This document shows, piece after piece, positions 1-8,375 of a stretch of DNA of 57,340 nt. The notes beneath the pieces were generated by a model. The model was not told the origin of the DNA. It worked only from the letters and a program-made list of their open reading frames with translations, and did not search any database. The stretch covers positions 1-57,340 of the forward strand of contig CAZEQH010000005.1 of the NCBI GenBank assembly GCA_964514375.1, read 5' to 3'. Positions within the stretch are counted from its first letter, which is position 1. Each line of letters begins with the position of its first letter. The DNA is from an uncultured Candidatus Saccharibacteria bacterium. GTDB taxonomy: Bacteria > Patescibacteriota > Minisyncoccia > Minisyncoccales > JANBVM01. Both the position numbers and the translations under genes were made by a program.

Positions 1-13
1 TTTATAGAATAGA

Positions 14-124
14 CGCGGCTTTACCCGAAGGGTGACTCGCGATTTCATATCGCGGCTTTACCCGAAGGGTGACTCGCGATTTCATATCGCGGCTTTACCC
101 GAAGGGTGACTCGCGATTTCATAT
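14..124. repeat. Three perfect tandem copies of a 37-bp unit (CGCGGCTTTACCCGAAGGGTGACTCGCGATTTCATAT)
   Basis: Units at 14-50, 51-87 and 88-124 are identical, with no spacers; the array abuts the tRNA at 125. Confidence 0.95.
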
Positions 125-195
125 CGCGGTGTGGAGGAGTAGTACCTCGCCAGTCCCATAAGCTGGAGGCCTCCGTGCAATTCGGAGCACCGCAA
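125..195 (+). tRNA. tRNA-Met(CAT), initiator-like and atypical
   Basis: Cloverleaf: GCGGTG/CACCGC acceptor with C1-A72 mismatch, CCAGT-CCCATAA-GCTGG anticodon arm, CTCCG-TGCAATT-CGGAG T arm; no encoded CCA. Confidence 0.85.
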
Positions 196-232
196 CACTT
201 CGACTCGCTCATTGCAAGCACTTTATGAGTCG

Positions 233-305
233 GCCGGTGTAGCTCAACGGTTAGAGCAATGGCATCATAAGCCAGAGGTTACAGGTTCGAATCCCGTCAC
301 CGGCA
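233..305 (+). tRNA. tRNA with CAT anticodon (elongator Met or Ile2)
   Basis: GCCGGTG/CACCGGC acceptor, GCTC/GAGC D stem, loop ATCATAA, GGTTCGAATCC T arm. Confidence 0.9.
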
Positions 306-406
306 TAAAAATTGCTTAAGCAATTTTTAGTTATTAGTATTTAGTTTTTAATTTCTTGTCTAATTACTGATTACTAAGGACTAATAACTACGCACACAGT
401 GCGTAA

Positions 407-482
407 GGGGACGTAGTGTAGCCTGGTTTAACACGCCTCCCTGTCACGGAGGAGATCGTGGGTTCAAATCCCATCGTCCCCG
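407..482 (+). tRNA. tRNA-Asp(GTC)
   Basis: GGGGACG/CGTCCCC acceptor, CCTCC-CTGTCAC-GGAGG anticodon arm, G73. Confidence 0.95.
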
Positions 483-488
483 CTATGG

Positions 489-514
489 AACCCGAGCCAA
501 GAGCTCGGGTTTTT
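489..514 (+). terminator. Intrinsic terminator after the tRNA cluster
   Basis: AACCCGAGC/GCTCGGGTT stem plus T tract. Confidence 0.7.
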
Positions 515-558
515 GGTATAATATTAGCATAATAACCATCAACGACTTAACTCTAATA

Positions 559-1317
559 ATGGGAAAATCATTTTCAAAAATTAGTTTTTATATTTTACGG
601 GCGCGAGAAGTATATAATGAAAAAGGAATCTATTACGTTATATGTGGAGCGGTCAAGGTGATTTTTGAGTACCTCAAAAGTTTTTTGAGCTATTTTTCCT
701 ACCTGTACTACAAGATTTTCAAGACATCAAGAACTTTTCGTGTTCAGGGAGAAACATATACTTACTTTTGCCACAGATATAATGGGGCCTGGATAAACGA
801 AAGGGCGGTTGAAGTTCCGATAATCTGGAAAATTATAAAAGAAAATAAGGGAAAAAACATTCTTGAGGTAGGCAACGTGCTGTCCCATTATTTCTCCGTA
901 AATCACGATATCTTAGATAAATATGAAAAAGCAGAAGGTATAATAAATGAGGATGTTATTAATTTCAGACCTTCTAAAAAGTACGATTTAATTGTCAGTA
1001 TATCTACCCTGGAGCACGTAGGGTGGGACGAAAGCCCAAGGGAGCCTAGAAAAATTTTACTTGCCATTGATAATTTGAGAAATATTCTTACTGAAGAAGG
1101 AAAAATAGTAGTTACTTTACCAATGGGTTATAACCATGATATGGACAAACTTTTGAAAAAGAGAGAAATACCTTTTGACAAGGCACTTTACTTAAAACGG
1201 GTCTCCAAAGAGAGTTTATGGATTGAAGCTGAATGGAAAGAGATTAAGGATTTAAGCTATAACTCACCATTCATCAGTGCTAATGGATTAGTTATCGGCT
1301 TCATTAATAAAAAGTAG
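559..1317 (+). CDS. Class I SAM-dependent methyltransferase-like protein
   Basis: ILEVG motif I-like segment and YDLIVSISTLEHVG motif. Confidence 0.7.
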   Translation: MGKSFSKISFYILRAREVYNEKGIYYVICGAVKVIFEYLKSFLSYFSYLYYKIFKTSRTFRVQGETYTYFCHRYNGAWINERAVEVPIIWKIIKENKGKNILEVGNVLSHYFSVNHDILDKYEKAEGIINEDVINFRPSKKYDLIVSISTLEHVGWDESPREPRKILLAIDNLRNILTEEGKIVVTLPMGYNHDMDKLLKKREIPFDKALYLKRVSKESLWIEAEWKEIKDLSYNSPFISANGLVIGFINKK

Positions 1318-1507
1318 CTCTTTTATTATTTTTTCAAGTCCATAACCAGCTTGTGATTTTGAAAAAACCCGAAACCCCGACGCACCAGCGCATAGAGTTT
1401 TTTGGTTATATGGGTTTGCGCTTGATAACTGTAAAGTAGTATAATAAACATATAAAGGTTATAAAAAGGCCGGTTAATAAATTATTAAAATCTTTATTTA
1501 AGCTAAT

Positions 1508-2116
1508 ATGAACGAAGAATTAACCGCCGAAAAAGTAAAAGAGCTGCTGGCAATTCCCGGGGAGGTGAAGGGAGCCGTTTTTAAAACAGACGCAGCCTTT
1601 GTTATCAAGGAAAAGGGGGAGGAAGGACTAAAGCAGTTAGAAGAAGAGCTGAAGAAATTGGGCTGTCCCATAAAGTATGAGGAGGCTAAGAGCGTAAGCT
1701 TTCATCCGGTAGGAATGAGGGCCATTTCTCTCTTGGCCATGAAGAAGGTTTTTGGATTTGATAACGAGAAGATAAAGGAAATAGGCCGTTTTGCTACAAG
1801 GGTATCATTGATCGTCAGGCTTTTCGTAAGGTATTTTTCTTCAACTGAGAAATTTCTTAAAGAAAAAGCCCCCGAGCTTTGGAGCGGACACTGGACCAAA
1901 GGAACTCTGGATATGGCGGACGTGAACGTCAAAGAAAAGTATGTCGTGGCCAGAGTAAAGGATTTTAATCTTTGCACTACTTTTTGTTATTATTTGAGAG
2001 GATATTTCGAGGGTATATTGGAACTTACTACCGGAAGTGAAGAGGTTCACACCGAGGAAGTAAAGTGCACTTTCCGCGGAGATGACTATCACGAATATCT
2101 GACAAGATGGAAGTAG
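1508..2116 (+). CDS. V4R / DUF2378-like protein (paralog 1)
   Basis: C-terminal EEVKCTFRGDDYHEY; aligns by eye with 3834-4460 and 36890-37489. Confidence 0.65.
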   Translation: MNEELTAEKVKELLAIPGEVKGAVFKTDAAFVIKEKGEEGLKQLEEELKKLGCPIKYEEAKSVSFHPVGMRAISLLAMKKVFGFDNEKIKEIGRFATRVSLIVRLFVRYFSSTEKFLKEKAPELWSGHWTKGTLDMADVNVKEKYVVARVKDFNLCTTFCYYLRGYFEGILELTTGSEEVHTEEVKCTFRGDDYHEYLTRWK

Positions 2117-2140
2117 TTTCAGACGACATGGTATTTTAGT

Positions 2141-2168
2141 AAAAACGCCTTTTAGGAAAGGCGTTTTT
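2141..2168. terminator. Intrinsic terminator (bidirectional)
   Basis: AAAAACGCCTTT-TAGG-AAAGGCGTTTTT, 12-bp stem. Confidence 0.8.
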
Positions 2169-2188
2169 AATTCTAAGTAAGGGAAAAC

Positions 2189-2217
2189 TTGACAAGCGAT
2201 TGTTATGGGTATATACT
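2189..2217 (+). promoter_or_regulatory. Sigma70-type promoter
   Basis: TTGACA-17-TATACT. Confidence 0.75.
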
Positions 2218-2276
2218 CATAATAGCAGCAAAAGGTCAGATTATTAATCATTATTACCTTAAAATAAAAAATCAAT

Positions 2277-2510
2277 ATGCCTAGATTTGATGGGACAGGA
2301 CCTTCAGGATACGGTCCCGGTACGGGATGGGGCTTAGGGCCCTGCAGAAGGGGAATGGGACGGGGTAGAGGATACGGAAGAGGTTTCGGTTGGAGAAGAT
2401 CTTACTCTGGGAGTGAAGAATCAGAGATATTGAAAGACGAAATATCCGTTCTGGAGGATGAATTAAAATCCGCCAAGGAGCGCTTGACCGAACTGAAGGC
2501 TAAAAAGTAG
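2277..2510 (+). CDS. DUF5320 family protein
   Basis: MPRFDGTGPxGxGPGTGWGLGPC signature, Gly/Arg-rich segment, C-terminal coiled coil. Confidence 0.85.
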   Translation: MPRFDGTGPSGYGPGTGWGLGPCRRGMGRGRGYGRGFGWRRSYSGSEESEILKDEISVLEDELKSAKERLTELKAKK

Positions 2511-2585
2511 GAAAGCTTTTGCCCGGTGCTTTTTTAATAAAGCCTGGGTTTTAGCTTGTTTATAGACATTATTATTTATAATCTC

Positions 2586-2873
2586 ATGGTAAGACCAAGA
2601 CTTCATAGAAGAATCAGGTTTGAGCCGAAGGCAACCTATTTCAAGCCTCGGGGGATACCTTTAAGGTACTTGGAAGTGATAGAGCTCAGTTTTGAAGAAG
2701 CCGAAGCTTTAAGGCTGAAGAATTTAGAAGGCCTGGGACAGATGGAGTGCTCTAAAAAAATGAATACTTCGCAGAGTACTTTCCAGAGAATTTTGTCCTC
2801 CGCCTACCAAAAAGTAAGCGAAGCTCTGATAAAGGGTAAAGCCATTAGGATAATAAAAGAAAAAATTTCTTAG
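2586..2873 (+). CDS. DUF134 domain HTH protein
   Basis: MVRPR...YFKPRG...EAEALRL...MNTSQSTFQRIL...ALIKGKAI; ATG at 2586 preferred. Confidence 0.85.
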   Translation: MVRPRLHRRIRFEPKATYFKPRGIPLRYLEVIELSFEEAEALRLKNLEGLGQMECSKKMNTSQSTFQRILSSAYQKVSEALIKGKAIRIIKEKIS

Positions 2874-2953
2874 ATTTTTGGCTAATCAAAAACTGCCCTT
2901 CTACGGTCCGGCTGTCCGAGATCTTGGGCAGTTTTTGTTATTTCCTTTTTCTA

Positions 2954-3667
2954 TTAATCTTCGTCTGCCGTAGCAAAGAAGAAGATAAGCAAAGGAACGA
3001 CGCTCTCCCCGGCTCGGGAAATTAATAGCCTCCATCCTTCGGCGCTCCCCAGGGCATCAAAAACTCCTATTACGAAATAAATCAGGAAAGTAGAGGCGAA
3101 TCCTAACATCCATTTAGCTGTCGGACTTTTTGTTTTTTTCCAGCTCATTATTCTTCTTGCCAGTTCTATCGCGATTATCAAAGATAGAGGGAAGAGTACG
3201 CCGATAGTGAAAATTTTCTTGGCAAAAGCATTAGCTGAAGGGTCGGTACCCCAATAGGTAGCTTCTCCAGGCACAGCTCCCTTTGAAACGAGCACAAAGG
3301 TGGCTGCTAATATAATAATGGCAAAAAAAACGTTAAACCAGTTTCTTGTCTTACTATTATGGAAAAAGCTCCATCCGAAGTAATAGAAGAGGGGCATCAT
3401 GTGAAGATAGGTAAGAGTTCCTGCGAAATAAGTAAAGATGAATAGATCAAGTGCGGGTCTTCCTGCCCAGAAGAAGAAAGTTCTCAGGGCTACGAAAAAC
3501 CACATAATTCCGAAAAGGAGTAAGAAACAGTCAATACTTTCCGGAAATTTTAAACTACCCTCTTTTCTTCTTCTTTTTCTTAAACTCCACCATACCACCA
3601 GACTCACTACGGCAGTTAACAGGCAGGCCAGAATATTGTATATGGCACCTGCATATATTGAAGGCAT
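2954..3667 (-). CDS. Hypothetical multi-pass (about 7 TM) membrane protein
   Basis: Repeated hydrophobic segments; no soluble domain. Confidence 0.7.
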   Translation of the reverse strand: MPSIYAGAIYNILACLLTAVVSLVVWWSLRKRRRKEGSLKFPESIDCFLLLFGIMWFFVALRTFFFWAGRPALDLFIFTYFAGTLTYLHMMPLFYYFGWSFFHNSKTRNWFNVFFAIIILAATFVLVSKGAVPGEATYWGTDPSANAFAKKIFTIGVLFPLSLIIAIELARRIMSWKKTKSPTAKWMLGFASTFLIYFVIGVFDALGSAEGWRLLISRAGESVVPLLIFFFATADED

Positions 3668-3833
3668 ATATTAGTTGTTTTATTTAGATGTTATATTCTC
3701 GACTGTTTTAAAGAAAACCACTGTTCCTCCGAAAAACTTATCTTCTTTTATTTTACACATTATTTCTCTTAATGTAACCCCTTGCAGGGCGAATTGTGGT
3801 TAGATAATTTTTAGGTTAAAATGTAGAAATATT

Positions 3834-4460
3834 ATGGAATATCCAATTTCTCCAACAGAATTAAAGGAACTTGAGGATAAATATAAGGGCAAGGGAGAGG
3901 AAAGGGGTTTAACTTTCAAGAGTGAAACCATGTATATAGAAGAAAATGAAGGAGCGGACGGTTTAAAGAAACTTGAAGAAGCCATGGCGTCTTTGGGGTA
4001 TCCTATAAAGTATCATGATGTAAAGTTCAGCCACTTTTATCCCATCATTATAGAAGTGCTTACCCTGGTCCTTATTCAGAGAATTTTTAATTATAAGGAT
4101 GAAGATTTTGAGAAAATCGGCAAATATTCCTTAAAGGTTCCCGGAGTGGTGAGAACCCTTTTTATGATCCAGAAATATCTGCTTACTTCCAAAAGCATAT
4201 TGGATAGATTAGTTTCCAGGGTTTGGAAGCAGTATTATATGATTGGTGATTTAAAGATAGTCGAATATGAGTTGAATAAAAAGGTGGTATTGAGGGTTGA
4301 GGACTTTATGCACCATCCCTTAAATTGCCTGATGATAAAAGGCGGTCTTACTACACTTTTCCAGATGGCTACGAGAAAGCCTACCGTGTGTGAGGAAGTA
4401 AAATGCATGCACCGGGGAGATGAGGCGCATGAGTTCGTGATAACATGGAACAATAAATAG
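3834..4460 (+). CDS. V4R / DUF2378-like protein (paralog 2)
   Basis: [20 protein letters not shown]. Confidence 0.65.
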   Translation: MEYPISPTELKELEDKYKGKGEERGLTFKSETMYIEENEGADGLKKLEEAMASLGYPIKYHDVKFSHFYPIIIEVLTLVLIQRIFNYKDEDFEKIGKYSLKVPGVVRTLFMIQKYLLTSKSILDRLVSRVWKQYYMIGDLKIVEYELNKKVVLRVEDFMHHPLNCLMIKGGLTTLFQMATRKPTVCEEVKCMHRGDEAHEFVITWNNK

Positions 4461-4471
4461 CTGTCTTTCCT

Positions 4472-5230
4472 GTGTCTATTCTAGAAACCAAAAATCTTTT
4501 TAAGATATATAAAAATAAAACAGCCGCCATTAAGGATGTCAGCTTTTCTATTAAACAGGGGAATACCATTGTGGGCCTGCTCGGTCCTAACGGTTCCGGG
4601 AAAACAACCTTTATCAAAATGTGCTGCGGTCTCCTAAAACCTACCCGAGGAGAAATTCTGATAAAAGGGATAGACATTGAACATAAGCTCCCCAAAGCAC
4701 AAAAGAAGATAGGATATCTGCCTCAGCAGAATGCTTTATTTTCTGAGCTTACGGTTTATGAAAATTTGTACTATTTCGGCACTAACTACGGCATTTTCGA
4801 CGGTGCAGAACTTCATAAAAGAATAGAGCATCTCATGAAAGTCTTTCGCCTGGAAGAGTTCAGGAATACCCTTTTAGAGAAGTTGTCTTCCGGCTTCCGC
4901 AGAAGAGTAGCAGTAGCAGCCACTTTGCTCCATAACCCGGAGATTCTTTTCTTGGACGAGCCCACCATTGGCTTAGACCCTTATATCAGAATTCAGTTTT
5001 GGAGTCTCTTTCACGACCTTAAACGGCAGGGTAAAACAATCTTAATAAGCACCCATTATATGGAGGAGGCCGATAACTGCGACAAAGTTGCTATTCTGAG
5101 GAACGGAACGTTGGTGGCCTTCGATAAACCCGATGAACTGAGAAAGATTATATTCGGAAGCGTCTTCAAGAACAAGGAGGATGAAACAAAAATAGAATTC
5201 GAGAAAGTCTATCTTAAACTTATCAAATAG
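4472..5230 (+). CDS. ABC-2 type transporter ATP-binding protein
   Basis: Walker [13 protein letters not shown] signature variant, LFLDEPT, H-loop STHY. Confidence 0.9.
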   Translation: MSILETKNLFKIYKNKTAAIKDVSFSIKQGNTIVGLLGPNGSGKTTFIKMCCGLLKPTRGEILIKGIDIEHKLPKAQKKIGYLPQQNALFSELTVYENLYYFGTNYGIFDGAELHKRIEHLMKVFRLEEFRNTLLEKLSSGFRRRVAVAATLLHNPEILFLDEPTIGLDPYIRIQFWSLFHDLKRQGKTILISTHYMEEADNCDKVAILRNGTLVAFDKPDELRKIIFGSVFKNKEDETKIEFEKVYLKLIK

Positions 5231-5233
5231 ACC

Positions 5234-6304
5234 GTGAACTACCTAAAAGTAATCTATCGAAATCTAATAAGAGAGTATCTTATCCTGGTAAGAAAACCGG
5301 CCGGTTTGATTTTCGCCCTTTTCCTGCCCACCTTGATTCTAGTGGTCATCGCCACATCTTTTCCCGGAGAATTTCTCGATGTTAAACATGCCAAAGTACC
5401 CATTATGGACGATGGGAGCAACAGTCAATTCGTTTCAGAATTAAAGGAAAAAGTATCCTCCGAAGAATTAAGCGTTGTTATAGAACAGGGAGCTTTGAAC
5501 AAGCTTGAAGACTTGGTAGGAGATAAAAAATACTTACTGGGACTTTATCCCCATTTATCGGAGGGAAGATTTGAAAATGTTGTAGTGGTTGATAATTCTA
5601 ATCCTCTGGCCAGAGACGCTGTCTTGTCAAAGATTAAGTCCCGCCTAGGAGCGGAAGAAGATTATAATGTTGTCCAAAAGGATATATACGAGGCCGATTT
5701 AAGGTTTATTGATTATTTATTCCCTGGAATCATCGCCTTGGGAATAATGTTTTTCTGTTTGAGTTTGGCTTCTATTGGGGTGGTGAGAGAGAGAGTGTCA
5801 GGCACCCTGGAAAGGATTAGAAGTTCTTTTTTGCCATTGGGTGTTCTTTTGGTAAGCAAGTATATTACCTATATTGTTCTGGCTGCTATATCCGGGATAT
5901 TTATTCTGGTATGCGGGTACGTCTTCTTCAATATTCCTATCGCCGGTTCCATCTGGTTGGTAATAATTCTGGAAATTATCACCGCAACCCCCTTTATCGG
6001 ATTAGCCCTGATTACCTCCACTATCGCCAAGACAGAATTTGAGTCCCAGGTAATAGTGCTTTTTGTAAGCATTCCTTCTATTTTTATCTCGGGAGTGTTT
6101 TTCCCCATTGAATGTATGCCGGAATATGTAGCCCGGGTGGTCAAATATTTTCCTCTTTCTTTTTCTGTGGAAGCTCTAAGAGACGTAATTATCAGAGGTT
6201 TTAATATTTATGAAGTAGCGCCTGCCATCCTGGCTCTTTCTTTGTATTCCCTGGTCTTTTTTGTAACAGCTTTAGCTATGTTTAAAAAAAGAGATACTGA
6301 ATAA
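5234..6304 (+). CDS. ABC-2 type transporter permease
   Basis: ERVSGTLERI motif, SGVFFPIECMP, about 6 TM. Confidence 0.85.
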   Translation: MNYLKVIYRNLIREYLILVRKPAGLIFALFLPTLILVVIATSFPGEFLDVKHAKVPIMDDGSNSQFVSELKEKVSSEELSVVIEQGALNKLEDLVGDKKYLLGLYPHLSEGRFENVVVVDNSNPLARDAVLSKIKSRLGAEEDYNVVQKDIYEADLRFIDYLFPGIIALGIMFFCLSLASIGVVRERVSGTLERIRSSFLPLGVLLVSKYITYIVLAAISGIFILVCGYVFFNIPIAGSIWLVIILEIITATPFIGLALITSTIAKTEFESQVIVLFVSIPSIFISGVFFPIECMPEYVARVVKYFPLSFSVEALRDVIIRGFNIYEVAPAILALSLYSLVFFVTALAMFKKRDTE

Positions 6305-6305
6305 C

Positions 6306-8060
6306 GTGAGATTCTTCACTAACGTTAACAAAAAAGTATTTTATTTCTGGCTTGTTTGGGCGGCTTTGAGCATTATTTTTTCCGCAGTTTCACATTTCTT
6401 TTTCTCAGCTTCCCTCTGGGGTTCTTTAGTCGGTATTATTGTTACTGCTGCGCTGTTTACACCCATCTTTTTAATTATTCTTAAGGTTATTTTTAAAAGG
6501 CTGGGTATAGCGGAACGGGAAAATACAGTCTTTTTCTTGGCACTTGCGGCCCTGGTCTTTTTTTCATTCTATACTGCTTTTTCCCTTCACAAGCATAATG
6601 ATTTTTTTACAGGTTACGACCTGGCTATCTTTGACCAGGCCGTTTGGCATATGAGCCGGTTTGAGGTTCCCTCCAGCAGCATAAGAGATGTCCCTGTTGT
6701 TTTCGGTGACCATTTTGACCCTGTTTTGGTGTTCCTGGCACCCTTTTACTGGATAGCCTCCGATGCCAGGACTCTTCTGATACTCCAGGGTATCATATTG
6801 CTTGCTCCCGCAGTCCTCATATATCTATGGGGAAAGGAATGGAAAATCAGTAATTTCCAGATAGCTGCTGTATCCCTGTTTTATTTAACCTCCATTCCCG
6901 TGCAGGCATTAGCAAATTTTGACTTCCATGAAATAATTTTCGCGCCCCTGTTTCTCTTGCTGACATTTTACTTTTTAATTAAAAAGAGATGGCCTTATTA
7001 TTTCCTAGGACTGTTTCTGCTGCTCTTTACAAAAGAAGATCTGGCACTTCTGGTTTCTGCCGTCGGTCTTTTCATTATACTGGAGGAGAAAGAATATTTT
7101 AAAGGACTGATGACTTTTTTTCTGGGTATCATTGGTCTTATTATTATTACGGGAGTGCTGATGCCGGCAATGAACTATGCCGTTTCCTATGATTACTGGA
7201 AGATGTATCCCGGTTTTGAAAACGGCATTACGGAGGGGATTATCCGTTATATAAAGGACCCGGGTGCCCTCTTTAATTTTCTGTTTCTCACCATGCAGGA
7301 AAAATGGTGGACTATAATCTTCTTTATAGTTTCCTGCATAATACCTGCGATTTTCGTACCTGCCTTTGTCTTGCTGGCAATACCAGTGATAGCAGAAAGA
7401 GTATTAAGCTCTTATCCGTATTTTGGGCTTATGAGGGTTCAATATAATATTTTATTTGTGCCTATAGGAGTGATAATCATGTTTTATTTTTTGAAAAAAA
7501 CTGAGCATTCCGCACTGGTTAAGAAAATTCAGGAAAGATTTGATAAATTGGAAATTTCTTTCGCCAATTTAGTGATTGCCTTTCCCCTGGTCGTTAATCT
7601 GGTTTTTAGCTACCAGTTTAGTTATATGTTTTCTCCGGTAGAGAATTGGAAGAGCGTTGAGGAACCGGGCAGGGAGGAGGGTTTACAGGAACTGCTTCAG
7701 GAAATCCCAGAAAACGCCGCTGTTTCAGCTTCCCAGGTTTTTCTTCCTCATTTGAGCCACCGCCAACAGCTCTATACCGTGCCCAGGATAAGTGACGCCG
7801 ATTTTATTATTCTGCACTTTTGCTACACCCAAGTTTGTAATGCCTGGCCTCTTACTCCGGACATGCTGGGAATCTTCTACTTATATCTCAAGGCCTATCC
7901 CTCTTTCGAAGCCATAAAGGAAAATCAATGGGGGGCCGTGTTCAGAAAGGTACATCCTCTTGATGAGGAGGCCGTCTCATCTATCTGCTCCATATTCATT
8001 AAATCTTCGCATCTGGAACCTGTTCATGAAAGCTACCTTTTAAACAGCTGCGAGCGGTAG
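6306..8060 (+). CDS. DUF2079 domain membrane protein (GT-C-like glycosyltransferase)
   Basis: YDLAIFDQAVW, FGDHFDP, DFHE and TKEDL motifs; multi-TM. Confidence 0.8.
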   Translation: MRFFTNVNKKVFYFWLVWAALSIIFSAVSHFFFSASLWGSLVGIIVTAALFTPIFLIILKVIFKRLGIAERENTVFFLALAALVFFSFYTAFSLHKHNDFFTGYDLAIFDQAVWHMSRFEVPSSSIRDVPVVFGDHFDPVLVFLAPFYWIASDARTLLILQGIILLAPAVLIYLWGKEWKISNFQIAAVSLFYLTSIPVQALANFDFHEIIFAPLFLLLTFYFLIKKRWPYYFLGLFLLLFTKEDLALLVSAVGLFIILEEKEYFKGLMTFFLGIIGLIIITGVLMPAMNYAVSYDYWKMYPGFENGITEGIIRYIKDPGALFNFLFLTMQEKWWTIIFFIVSCIIPAIFVPAFVLLAIPVIAERVLSSYPYFGLMRVQYNILFVPIGVIIMFYFLKKTEHSALVKKIQERFDKLEISFANLVIAFPLVVNLVFSYQFSYMFSPVENWKSVEEPGREEGLQELLQEIPENAAVSASQVFLPHLSHRQQLYTVPRISDADFIILHFCYTQVCNAWPLTPDMLGIFYLYLKAYPSFEAIKENQWGAVFRKVHPLDEEAVSSICSIFIKSSHLEPVHESYLLNSCER

Positions 8061-8375
8061 TTTCCTGGAAATACAAAACAGTCGGAAAACCGCTTTTCAC
8101 CTTATTTTGGGTATATTTTTAAGGCTTTCCTCCTTTTTTATTCACAGATTATGATTTGCTTTTAGCTTAATTTTAAGCTAAAATAAAGGCATATAAGACA
8201 GCCTGCAAGAGAGGTAAAAACAGTAGAAATAAGGCTGAAAAAAGTTTAGCAAGTAGTCACTTTTAAAGCGTTTCAAGAACAGAGGATGGTATGGGAAATT
8301 AATTTCAGATTTAACCATGAAAGTTGTTTTTTGTTTCTTAAACGCAGGATAAATAAAACTTATTATTAATTGAAA

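Noticed and set aside
14-124. CRISPR array
   Set aside because: The 37-bp units are contiguous with no spacers, and there are no cas genes in the window
1394-1420. Shared operator with 56880-56915
   Set aside because: Similarity is short and AT-rich; the second site is explained as a TTGACG-17-TATGGT promoter
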